DNA of 64,000 nt from Myxococcota bacterium. Lineage in GTDB: Bacteria > Myxococcota_A > UBA9160 > JAFDDA01. Under the pieces are notes generated by a model that was not told the origin of the DNA, did no database searches, and was given only the letters and a program-made list of their open reading frames with translations. How positions within the stretch are numbered: the stretch's first letter is position 1; every line of letters starts with the position of its first letter. The DNA lies in assembly GCA_965228475.1 (NCBI GenBank), contig OZ245817.1:224001-288000 (forward strand), given 5' to 3'. A program made the position numbers and the translations under genes. This document shows, in pieces, positions 56,570 to 64,000 of this stretch.

Positions 56570-57667
56570 TCAATCCAGCCCGTAGAGCGCCGCGACGTTG
56601 CCGCCGAGCACGGCGCGCTTCTGCTCGCCGCTCATCCCCTCGGTCACCTCTTCCAGGATCCGCGCCGTGTGCGGGTACGTGCCGTCGCTGTGGGGGAAGT
56701 CGGTGGCCCAGAGCACGCGTTCGAGGTTCATGGCGCCGAGGACGTGCTTCACGCTGTAGTCGTCCTGGAAGGTCACGTAGACGTTCTCGTTCATGTACTC
56801 GCTCGGCATGCGCGAGAGGTCGCCGCCCGGCAGGTGGAAGCGGTGCCGCTCCCAGGCGTGGTCCATGCGGAAGTTGAAGTGAGGGACCCAGCCGGCGTCG
56901 GCTTCGACGCACACCACGCGCAGGTCCGGGTGACGCTCGAAGACGCCGCCGAGGATCATCATCATCATGATGTCCTGGTTCCCGCGCACGGTCACGATCT
57001 GGTAGACGAGCACCGGGCCGCGGATCTTGCCGCCGAGGTCGCCCTTGCTCGTCAGGATGTGGAAGGAGACCGGGAGCCCGAGCTCGACGCAGCGCTCCCA
57101 GATCGGGTCGTAGCAGGGGTGGTGGTAGTCCTCGAGGGTGGGCGTTCCGGGGAACATGACGCCGCGGAAGCCGGCGGCGGCCGCCGCTTCGATCTCGGCC
57201 AGGCCGTCCTCGATGGTGCGCAGGCTGACGAGTGGAATGCCGAGGAGACGCTTCGGCGCCGCTTCGCAGAAGGCCGCGAGCCAGCGGTTGTAGGCGTCGA
57301 AGCAGGCCTTCATGTAGTCCGGGTCGGGGTGGTTGCAGAGGGCCATGCCGACGCTCGGGTAGAGCACCTCGGCGGCGATGCCGTCCTCCTCCTGGATGGC
57401 GAGCCGCTCCTTGGCATCCCATCCCGAAGGGTGGAGCTCCTCCCAGCGCATCGGCTTGCCGAGGTCTTCCGGTGTGCGGCCGACGGTGCAGACCGTGCCG
57501 AGGGGGATGTTGATGCCGATGTCCGGGATCTCGAGGATGGCGGTGCCGCGCGCGTCGTAGCCCTTGCGCGGGCGGCGGTCCCGGAAGCGCGGGTCGATCT
57601 CCGCGTAGCAGTCCTCGGTTTCCGCGATGTGCGAATCGGCCGAGATGAGCGGATGGGGCTGTGCCAC
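56570..57667 (-). CDS. Amidohydrolase_2 family protein
   Basis: ISADSH, AYNRWL, FHI, VFERHP.L, WATDFPHSDGT; GAGGAG SD before GTG. Confidence 0.9.
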   Translation of the reverse strand: MAQPHPLISADSHIAETEDCYAEIDPRFRDRRPRKGYDARGTAILEIPDIGINIPLGTVCTVGRTPEDLGKPMRWEELHPSGWDAKERLAIQEEDGIAAEVLYPSVGMALCNHPDPDYMKACFDAYNRWLAAFCEAAPKRLLGIPLVSLRTIEDGLAEIEAAAAAGFRGVMFPGTPTLEDYHHPCYDPIWERCVELGLPVSFHILTSKGDLGGKIRGPVLVYQIVTVRGNQDIMMMMILGGVFERHPDLRVVCVEADAGWVPHFNFRMDHAWERHRFHLPGGDLSRMPSEYMNENVYVTFQDDYSVKHVLGAMNLERVLWATDFPHSDGTYPHTARILEEVTEGMSGEQKRAVLGGNVAALYGLD

Positions 57668-57722
57668 GGCGGCTCCTCGCGACGGTCGGCGCAAAGCATA
57701 CCAGCCGGGCCCGGTCGGAGGG

Positions 57723-59345
57723 TCACGACTGCGGGGGGAGGGGCTCCTTGCCGAGGATCGCGTCGGCCGCCTTCTCGGCGATCATCATCACCGGGGCGTA
57801 GATGTTGGCGTTGGTGATCTTCGGCATCACCGAGGCGTCGACGACGCGCAGGCCCTCCGTGCCGTGGACGCGGAGGGAATCCGGGTCGACCACGGAGCCC
57901 TCGCCCGTTCCCATCTTGCAGGTGCACGAGGGGTGGAGGGCCGTCTCTCCTTCGTGGGCGACCCATTCGAGGATCTCCTTCTCGGTCTCGACCTCGGGCC
58001 CTGGCGAGAGCTCTCCGAGGTCGAACTCCCGGAAGGCCGCCTGGTCGAAGATGCGGCGCGCGCACTGGATCGCTTCGACCCATTCGCGGCGGTCCTGCTC
58101 GGTCGACAGGTAGTTGAAGCGCAGGCTCGGCTGCTCGCGCGGGTCGGCGGAGCGGATGCGGAGGGAGCCGCGCGCGTCCGAGAGCATGGGGCCGATGTGA
58201 AGCTGGTAGCCGTGTCCCGGCGTCGGGCGCGTGCCGTCGTAGCGGATGGCCAGCGGAAGGAAGTGGATCATCAGGTTCGGGTAGGGCTCGCGCGGGTTGC
58301 TGCGCACGAAGCCGCCGGCCTCGAAGTGGTTGCTCATGCCCGGCCCCGTCCCCGCGAGCCACTGCATGCCGATCCACGGCCGCCAGTGCCAGCGCACGCT
58401 CGGCGCCATCGAGACGGGCTGCGAGCAGGCGTGCTGCACGTAGACCTCGAGGTGATCCTGCAGGTTCGCACCGACGCCCGGCAGGTCGTGGCGCACGTCG
58501 ATGCCGACGTCGCGCAGGAGCGCGGCGGGGCCGATGCCCGAGAGCTGGAGGAGCTGCGGCGAGTTGATCGCGCCCCCGGCGCAGATCACCTCGCCGGCGG
58601 CGACGCGCCGTATGCGTCCGCGGTGCAGGAACTCGACGCCCGTCGCGCGCCGGCCCTCGAAGAGGATGCGCGTCGCGAAGGCGCGGCTCTGGACGTGGAG
58701 GTTCGGCCGGGACTTCACCGGGTGAAGGTACGCGCGCGCGGCGCTCCGCCGCAGGCCGCGCCGGAGGTTCCGGTCGAATCGCCCGAAGCCTTCCTGGCAC
58801 TCGCCGTTCACGTCGTCGGTGCGCGCATGGCCGGCCTGTTCGGCGGCGGCGAAGAAGGCATCGAAGAGCGGTCCTCGGGCGGGTCCTCGCTCGAGCGCCA
58901 GGGGGCCGGTGCGGCCGCGGTAGGCGTCGTCGCCGTGCTCGCAGCTTTCCATCCGCTTGAAGTAGGGGAGGCAGTGCGCGTAGCTCCAGCGCTCGAGCCC
59001 GGGTTCGCGCGCCCAGCCGTCGTAGTCGGCGCGGTTGCCGCGCTGGAAGATCATGCCGTTGATGCTGCTCGATCCGCCGAGGAGCTTGCCGCGCGCGTGG
59101 TAGATCTCGCGGCCCGCCATGTGGGGCTCCGGCTCGGAGCGGTAGCCCCAATCGTAGAAGCGGCTGCCGAGGGGGAGCATCAGGGCCGCGGGCATGTGGA
59201 TCGCGACGTCCCACCAGGCGTCCGGACGGCCGGCCTCGAGGACGAGGACCCGGTGGTTCGGGTCCGCGCTCAAGCGGTTGGCGAGGGCGCAGCCCGCGGA
59301 GCCGCCGCCGACGATGACGAAGTCGTAGGTCTCTTCGCGACGCAT
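57723..59345 (-). CDS. betA: Choline dehydrogenase
   Basis: [49 protein letters not shown]. Confidence 0.9.
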   Translation of the reverse strand: MRREETYDFVIVGGGSAGCALANRLSADPNHRVLVLEAGRPDAWWDVAIHMPAALMLPLGSRFYDWGYRSEPEPHMAGREIYHARGKLLGGSSSINGMIFQRGNRADYDGWAREPGLERWSYAHCLPYFKRMESCEHGDDAYRGRTGPLALERGPARGPLFDAFFAAAEQAGHARTDDVNGECQEGFGRFDRNLRRGLRRSAARAYLHPVKSRPNLHVQSRAFATRILFEGRRATGVEFLHRGRIRRVAAGEVICAGGAINSPQLLQLSGIGPAALLRDVGIDVRHDLPGVGANLQDHLEVYVQHACSQPVSMAPSVRWHWRPWIGMQWLAGTGPGMSNHFEAGGFVRSNPREPYPNLMIHFLPLAIRYDGTRPTPGHGYQLHIGPMLSDARGSLRIRSADPREQPSLRFNYLSTEQDRREWVEAIQCARRIFDQAAFREFDLGELSPGPEVETEKEILEWVAHEGETALHPSCTCKMGTGEGSVVDPDSLRVHGTEGLRVVDASVMPKITNANIYAPVMMIAEKAADAILGKEPLPPQS

Positions 59346-59352
59346 GGCGGGT

Positions 59353-59892
59353 TCAGCCTCGGGTCATCTCGCGCAGCGCGCGGAGGGTGTCCGCGCCGAG
59401 TTCGCCTTCGAGCTGGGGCAGGCCGAGCAGGGCCGAGAGCCAGAGGCCGTCGGCGGCGAGGCGGACGAGGGTGGCGGTGGTCGGGTCGAGGCCGTCGTCG
59501 CGCAGCCGCTCGTGCCAGCGCTCGAAGCGTTTCCGGACCTCGGCCATGTGGGCCGAGTCCCGGCCGAGGGTGGCGAGGATGCCGGCCATGAGCTGCGCCG
59601 AGTTGTCGGCGGGCTTGCCCTCTTCGGTGACGGTCGTCGCGAGGTAGGCGCGGGTGAAAGCGCCGGGCGTCGGATCGTCGGCGCCGAGGGTGTCGAGCTG
59701 GTGGTCGAATCGCTCGAGCATGCGCTCGCACAGGCCCGCGACGAGGGCCTCCTTCGAGCCGAAGTGGTAGAGGAGCCCGCCCTTGCTGACCCCCGCCGCG
59801 GCGGCGATGGCGTCGAGGACGAGGCCGCCGGGGCCCTCGGTGAGGAGGCGCTCCTCGGCTGCGTTCAGGACTCGCTCGCGGGTGTCGCTCAT
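59353..59892 (-). CDS. TetR-family regulator (non-BetI type)
   Basis: AGVSKGGLLYHFGSKE; RLAADGLW. Confidence 0.9.
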   Translation of the reverse strand: MSDTRERVLNAAEERLLTEGPGGLVLDAIAAAAGVSKGGLLYHFGSKEALVAGLCERMLERFDHQLDTLGADDPTPGAFTRAYLATTVTEEGKPADNSAQLMAGILATLGRDSAHMAEVRKRFERWHERLRDDGLDPTTATLVRLAADGLWLSALLGLPQLEGELGADTLRALREMTRG

Positions 59893-59901
59893 GGGGTGGA
59901 C

Positions 59902-59921
59902 TATACCGTCTGGACGGTATA
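59902..59921. promoter_or_regulatory. Candidate TetR operator TATACCGTC-TG-GACGGTATA
   Basis: Perfect 9-bp arms between divergent TetR and BCCT genes. Confidence 0.85.
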
Positions 59922-59990
59922 TTTCAAAACCTCCCGTTCTTCCTCGGGAATCCGTGCCATCATGTCTCTCCTTCCCATGGCGAACCCGGC

Positions 59991-61502
59991 TTGAAGCAGC
60001 TCCTGGCCCGCATCGGCCTCCCGAACCCCATCTCCTGGATCGCGGTCGCCGGCCTGCTCCTGTTCGTGTTCGGAGCCGTCGCCTCGATCGAGACCGCGAG
60101 CGCCGTTCTCACCGGCGCGAAGGACGGGGTCCTCGGGCGGTTCGACTGGCTCTTCGTCGGCGTCGCGAGCGCAGCGGTCGGGGTGGTGGCGTTCCTCTCG
60201 GTCTATCCGCGCGCGAACGTGCGGCTCGGGCCCGAGGGCGCGCGCCCCGAGTTCGGGAACCTGCCCTGGTTCGCGATGCTCTTCTCGGCGGGTCTCGCTT
60301 CGGGCCTGCTCTACTGGGCGGCGGCGGAGCCCATCCTCCACTTCGCGGAGAACCCGTTCCTCGCGGCCGCCGGCGGCGGGCCGGATGCCGCCGTCCGGAC
60401 GGCGATGCGCATCACGGTCCTCCACTGGGGGCTCCACGGCTGGGCGTTCTACGTGCTCGCCGCGCTCGCGATCTCGGTCTACAGCTACCGCCACGGCCGC
60501 CCGCTGACCTTCCGCTCGGCGCTCTACCCGGTGCTCGGGCCCCGTTGGATCGATCGCTGGCCCGGGCACGCCGTGGATCTGCTCGCGCTGTTCGGGACGG
60601 TCTGCGGCGTCGCGACGTCGATCGGGATCTCCGCCGCCGGCATGAATGCGACCCTCGGCGCACTCCTCGGGCTCGACGTCGCGATCTCCAACCAGATGGG
60701 CATCGTGTTCTCCGTCTGCGCGCTCGGCATCCTCTCGGCGCTCTCCGGTCTGGCGCGGGGGATCCGGCGGCTCTCGGAGCTCAACGTCTGGGTGAGCGGC
60801 GCACTCCTGCTCGTCTTCGTCGCGCTCGGCCCGACGCTCTTCCTCGGCGAACTCCTCGCACGCACGACCCTCGACTACCTCGTGAACGTTCTCCCGGCCG
60901 GTGCCTGGCTCGGCACCGCCGAGCCCGACCGCGCGTGGCAAGGCGCCTGGACGGTCTTCTATTGGGGCTGGTGGCTCGCGTGGACGCCCTTCGTGAGCCT
61001 CTTCATCGCGCGCATCTCGCGCGGCCGGACCGTTCGCGAGTTCGCCGTCGCCGTGATGCTGGTGCCGACCGGCGTGATCCTCGTGTGGATGACGGTCTTC
61101 GGCGGGACGGCGCTCCACCAGGAGCTCTCGAGCGCCGGCGCCGTGAGCGCCGCGGTCGGCCGAGACTACAGCCTCGGCATCGTCGCCGTCGTCCAGAACC
61201 TCGGGGTTTCCGCGATCACGCCCGTCCTGCTGGCGACCGCTGCCTTCCTGCTCTTCACCTGGCTGATCACCTCGCTCGACTCCGCGACGCTCGTCGTGTG
61301 TCACCTGCTCGGCGCGGCGGAGTCGCGGGGGGCGAAGGTCTTCTGGGGCCTCGCGCTCGCCGCGGTGACCGCCGGGCTGCTTCGCGTGGGCGGCCTCCCG
61401 GCCCTGCAGGCGGCGTCGGTCGTGGTCGGCCTTCCCCTCGCGCTGCTGATGGTCCTGCTCGGCGGCGGCCTGCTCCGCGACGCGGTGCGCGGCCGCCTCT
61501 AG
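59991..61502 (+). CDS. BCCT betaine/carnitine/choline transporter
   Basis: WFAMLFSAG, HWGLHGW, WTVFYWGWWLAWTPF, RISRGRT; TTG start. Confidence 0.92.
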   Translation: MKQLLARIGLPNPISWIAVAGLLLFVFGAVASIETASAVLTGAKDGVLGRFDWLFVGVASAAVGVVAFLSVYPRANVRLGPEGARPEFGNLPWFAMLFSAGLASGLLYWAAAEPILHFAENPFLAAAGGGPDAAVRTAMRITVLHWGLHGWAFYVLAALAISVYSYRHGRPLTFRSALYPVLGPRWIDRWPGHAVDLLALFGTVCGVATSIGISAAGMNATLGALLGLDVAISNQMGIVFSVCALGILSALSGLARGIRRLSELNVWVSGALLLVFVALGPTLFLGELLARTTLDYLVNVLPAGAWLGTAEPDRAWQGAWTVFYWGWWLAWTPFVSLFIARISRGRTVREFAVAVMLVPTGVILVWMTVFGGTALHQELSSAGAVSAAVGRDYSLGIVAVVQNLGVSAITPVLLATAAFLLFTWLITSLDSATLVVCHLLGAAESRGAKVFWGLALAAVTAGLLRVGGLPALQAASVVVGLPLALLMVLLGGGLLRDAVRGRL

Positions 61503-61515
61503 GGGCAGCGTCTCT

Positions 61516-62103
61516 TCAACGCTTTCGCCGGTAGATCGTCATCGCGACACCGCCCGGAGTCGCCCCGGTCTTGGCGAGCTCGAGCCCGGCCGGGACGGTC
61601 CCGTCGCGAAAGAGTCGCCGTCCCTGGCCGAGCACCGCGGGAAAGGTCCAGAGGCGGAACTCGTCGACGAGGTCGTGGGCGAGCAGGGTCTGGATGAGTT
61701 CGCCGCTGCCGTGGACCTGCAGGAGCGGCCCGTCCTTCGCCTTCAGCCGAGCGATCTCACCCGGAACATCGCCGGTCACGACGGTCGAGTTCTGCCAGCG
61801 GGCCCGGTACCCCGGCGAGCGCGTCACGACGTACTTCGTCGCTTCGGTCATGCGGCGGGCCATCGGGTCGCTCGGGTCCGCACCGTCGAAGCTCCCGGCA
61901 AAGATCTCGTAGGTCCGGCGTCCGAACAGCATGTCGTAGGGCTCGGCCATGGCTTCGGCTCGGACCTGCTGCATGACCTCTTCCCAGTAGGGCGCAGCCC
62001 AGCCGCCCTGCGTGAAGCCGCCGGAGGGGTCCTCCTCGGGGCCGCTCGGGCCCTGGAGGACTCCGTCCAGGGTCAGGAAGGTCAGCAGTGCGAGCGGTCT
62101 CAT
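61516..62103 (-). CDS. Dihydrofolate reductase/RibD C-terminal family protein
   Basis: TLDGVLQGP, FGRRTYE, GSGELIQ, DEFRL..FP.VLG.G. Confidence 0.88.
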   Translation of the reverse strand: MRPLALLTFLTLDGVLQGPSGPEEDPSGGFTQGGWAAPYWEEVMQQVRAEAMAEPYDMLFGRRTYEIFAGSFDGADPSDPMARRMTEATKYVVTRSPGYRARWQNSTVVTGDVPGEIARLKAKDGPLLQVHGSGELIQTLLAHDLVDEFRLWTFPAVLGQGRRLFRDGTVPAGLELAKTGATPGGVAMTIYRRKR

Positions 62104-63560
62104 TCCGAGTTCCCCTTCACGCGCCGGTAGAGCGAGACGTAGCCGAGGGTGCCGATGATGCTGAGCACCGTCGAGATCCCCATCATGTGGGGGCCGATCC
62201 CGTCCCACGCCGGAAGCCAACTCGTCCCGGACCATCCCACGTAGAGCAACATACCGAGGAACGGTGCGAAGGCGCCGCGCACGCCGGTCAGGGTCACGTG
62301 CACGCCCATGTAGCGCGCCGCGCGTTCCGGGCTCGCGAAGTCGTTGTGGCCGATCTGCCAGGCGAGCAGCCCGCCGCCGCGCGCGATGCCGAGCATGGCG
62401 CGGCCGACGCCGATGAAGAGCAGCGAGCCCGCGATCGCACCGCCCCAGACGATCGCCTGGGAGAGCGCCCAGAGCCCGCTGTGCTTGGCGCGGAACTCGG
62501 CGATGTGAATGCGGTCCATCCACGGGGCCCAGAGAGGAAGCGAGACCATCGAGAACGAGAGCGGCAGCACGAGGGAGAGGGCGATGCTCACGCTGTAGGA
62601 CGCGCCGAGGTCGCGCGAGACGAGCAGGATCAGCGGGCCCTCCATGATCATGTTCGCGCTGCCGATCACGAACTGCCAGAGCTGGTAGCGCGCGAAGAGC
62701 GGGTCGCTGCGCAGGAGCGCGAAGAGGCCGCGGCCCGGTTCCGCCGGCGGCTCCGGGAGCGAGGACTCCGGTGCGTTGGCGCCCTCGGGCCGCGGCAGCA
62801 GCGGTTCGCCGCGCTCGGCCGCGAGGTGTGCCTTCTCCCCGACGAGCTCGACCCGGGCGAAGGCGAGCAGGCCGATCGTCGCGATGGCGGCGCCGAGCGG
62901 ATAGACCCAGCGGAACGAGTTCGGGTCCGCATCGAGGGCGAAGCCGGCGACGAGCGCGGTCAGCGTGATCGCGGCGGTGGTGTAGAGCGAGAGCCGCGCG
63001 GTGATGCGGCTCCGGACGTCGCCCGGGTAGTTGAGGGTCCAGACCGTGCTGCGCACCGTGAGGATCCCGCCGATCAGGAGACGCGCGAGCACGACCGCCA
63101 CGGCGAGCAGCGGCCCACCCGAGGGGTCCGAAGGAAGGAAGGCCACCGCCGCGACGAGCCCGATGAACACGGTCTGCATCGCGGTGAGCAGCGGGACCTT
63201 GGGCCGCCCCTCGGCGACGCGTGCCCACAGCACGCTCGAGAGGTTCCCGAACATCGGGGCCGCGGAGATCAGCGCGAGCAGCGTCGGGTGCACGTCGTAG
63301 ACCTTGTCCGCGATCACGCCGACGACGCCCGCTTCCATGAGCCCGCCCGCGGCCGGGAGGGTCCAATCGCGCACCCGCTCGCGGCGGTAGCTCGCGCGGG
63401 CGATGCCCTCGAGGCGCGGCAGGCCGAAGCGCCCGGAGCCGCCCCGGGGCCCGGGCTCGCTCGGGGCGCCCTGCTCCCCAGAAACGAAAAGCCCGGCCAC
63501 CGGGGCCGGGCTCTTCGAGCGATCTCGGGCGCGCGATGTCCGGCTCCTATCCCCTGACAT
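62100..63560 (-). CDS. MFS transporter
   Basis: Many TM segments; AAGGAG SD 10 nt before ATG 63560; stop overlaps the DHFR-like start. Confidence 0.8.
   Translation of the reverse strand: MSGDRSRTSRARDRSKSPAPVAGLFVSGEQGAPSEPGPRGGSGRFGLPRLEGIARASYRRERVRDWTLPAAGGLMEAGVVGVIADKVYDVHPTLLALISAAPMFGNLSSVLWARVAEGRPKVPLLTAMQTVFIGLVAAVAFLPSDPSGGPLLAVAVVLARLLIGGILTVRSTVWTLNYPGDVRSRITARLSLYTTAAITLTALVAGFALDADPNSFRWVYPLGAAIATIGLLAFARVELVGEKAHLAAERGEPLLPRPEGANAPESSLPEPPAEPGRGLFALLRSDPLFARYQLWQFVIGSANMIMEGPLILLVSRDLGASYSVSIALSLVLPLSFSMVSLPLWAPWMDRIHIAEFRAKHSGLWALSQAIVWGGAIAGSLLFIGVGRAMLGIARGGGLLAWQIGHNDFASPERAARYMGVHVTLTGVRGAFAPFLGMLLYVGWSGTSWLPAWDGIGPHMMGISTVLSIIGTLGYVSLYRRVKGNSE
63481..63516 (-). terminator. 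Intrinsic terminator-like hairpin inside the MFS N-terminal coding region
   Basis: Minus strand AGCCCGGCC-CCGGT-GGCCGGGCT-TTTCGTTTC. Confidence 0.6.
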
Positions 63561-63639
63561 GGGGCGTCGTCTCCTTCGGCTGCGGGACGCAGAAGAAAGC
63601 GTGGGCGGGGCACCAGGCGTGGAGGATCGGGGCAGACAT
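63547..63639 (-). CDS. Candidate 30-aa leader peptide MSAPILHAWCPAHAFFCVPQPKETTPHVRG
   Basis: Manual translation; overlaps MFS SD and ATG; TAGACT -10-like hexamer at 63651-56. Confidence 0.4.
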   Translation of the reverse strand: MSAPILHAWCPAHAFFCVPQPKETTPHVRG

Positions 63640-63806
63640 CGGCCCGGCCGAGTCTACACCAGGAGCCCTGGGTCGCTTGGCCGGGGCTTTTAGGCCTCAA
63701 TCGGGTGATTCCGCGACACTTTTCCTTGACCGGGCCCACAAACCTGAGCAAGACTCACATTTTCTCGGGTTCTGGAACTCCCAGGCCCTCCGCCCAGGCG
63801 CCCCGC

Positions 63807-64000
63807 ATGTCCTCAGCCGTTTCCCTCGAGCCCCGCCGAAGGCCGACGCAAGCCCGCTCCCGCGAGCGCGTCGAGCGCATCCTCGCCGCCGCGCGGGAGC
63901 TCTGCGAGGTCCAGCCCGCGGACTCCGTCACGACCTCGGCGATCGCCCGGCGGGCCGGCCTCTCGATCGGTTCGCTCTACCAGTACTTCCCGAACCGGCA
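63807..64000 (+). CDS. TetR-family regulator (5' part, runs off window)
   Basis: PRRRPTQARSRERVERILAAA...TTSAIARRAGLSIGSLYQYFPNR. Confidence 0.9.
   Translation, partial: MSSAVSLEPRRRPTQARSRERVERILAAARELCEVQPADSVTTSAIARRAGLSIGSLYQYFPNR

Noticed and set aside
59353..59892. Naming the TetR betI
   Set aside because: Sequence lacks recognisable BetI features despite the betA context
63726..63757. TGAG-N5-CTCA as operator for the last TetR
   Set aside because: Plausible position after TTGACC, but 4-bp arms are too short to support
1..64000. Mobile elements, prophage, defence systems, tRNA/rRNA
   Set aside because: No transposase, integrase, phage, nuclease or structural RNA signatures recognised by eye; a covariance-model search was not possible

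Overview
This is a very GC-rich, gene-dense bacterial window with about 60 CDS. I found no rRNA, tRNA, CRISPR array, integrase or transposase. Gene content includes PEP-CTERM and Cys-containing C-terminal sorting tails, DUF3604, sulfatase-like proteins and many oxidoreductases. That suggests a Myxococcota/deltaproteobacterial-type genome (inference only). Most genes are ordinary metabolic enzymes: OYE, GMC oxidoreductases, Fe-ADH, BVMO, photolyase with ybgA, gor, ilvE, maiA, betA with a BCCT carrier, and an SPL-like PLP enzyme. Five things stand out. (1) A DUF6502/DUF5666 locus carries a 15-bp palindrome TGGGA-N5-TCCCA twice in a near-consensus sigma70 promoter for two envelope genes and once upstream of DUF6502, implying an uncharacterised repressor-type regulon. 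(2) Two unrelated secreted enzymes share a Cys/Asp stalk and a CGL(L)GGE-hydrophobic-basic tail, a candidate sorting signal. (3) A 30-aa uORF, fold-back pairing and an intragenic terminator sit at the start of an MFS gene. (4) An outer-membrane barrel has a Cys-flanked (Gly-Pro)12 loop. (5) There are several clean operator palindromes and two microprotein ORFs. All family assignments come from motif recognition by eye, not database searches.
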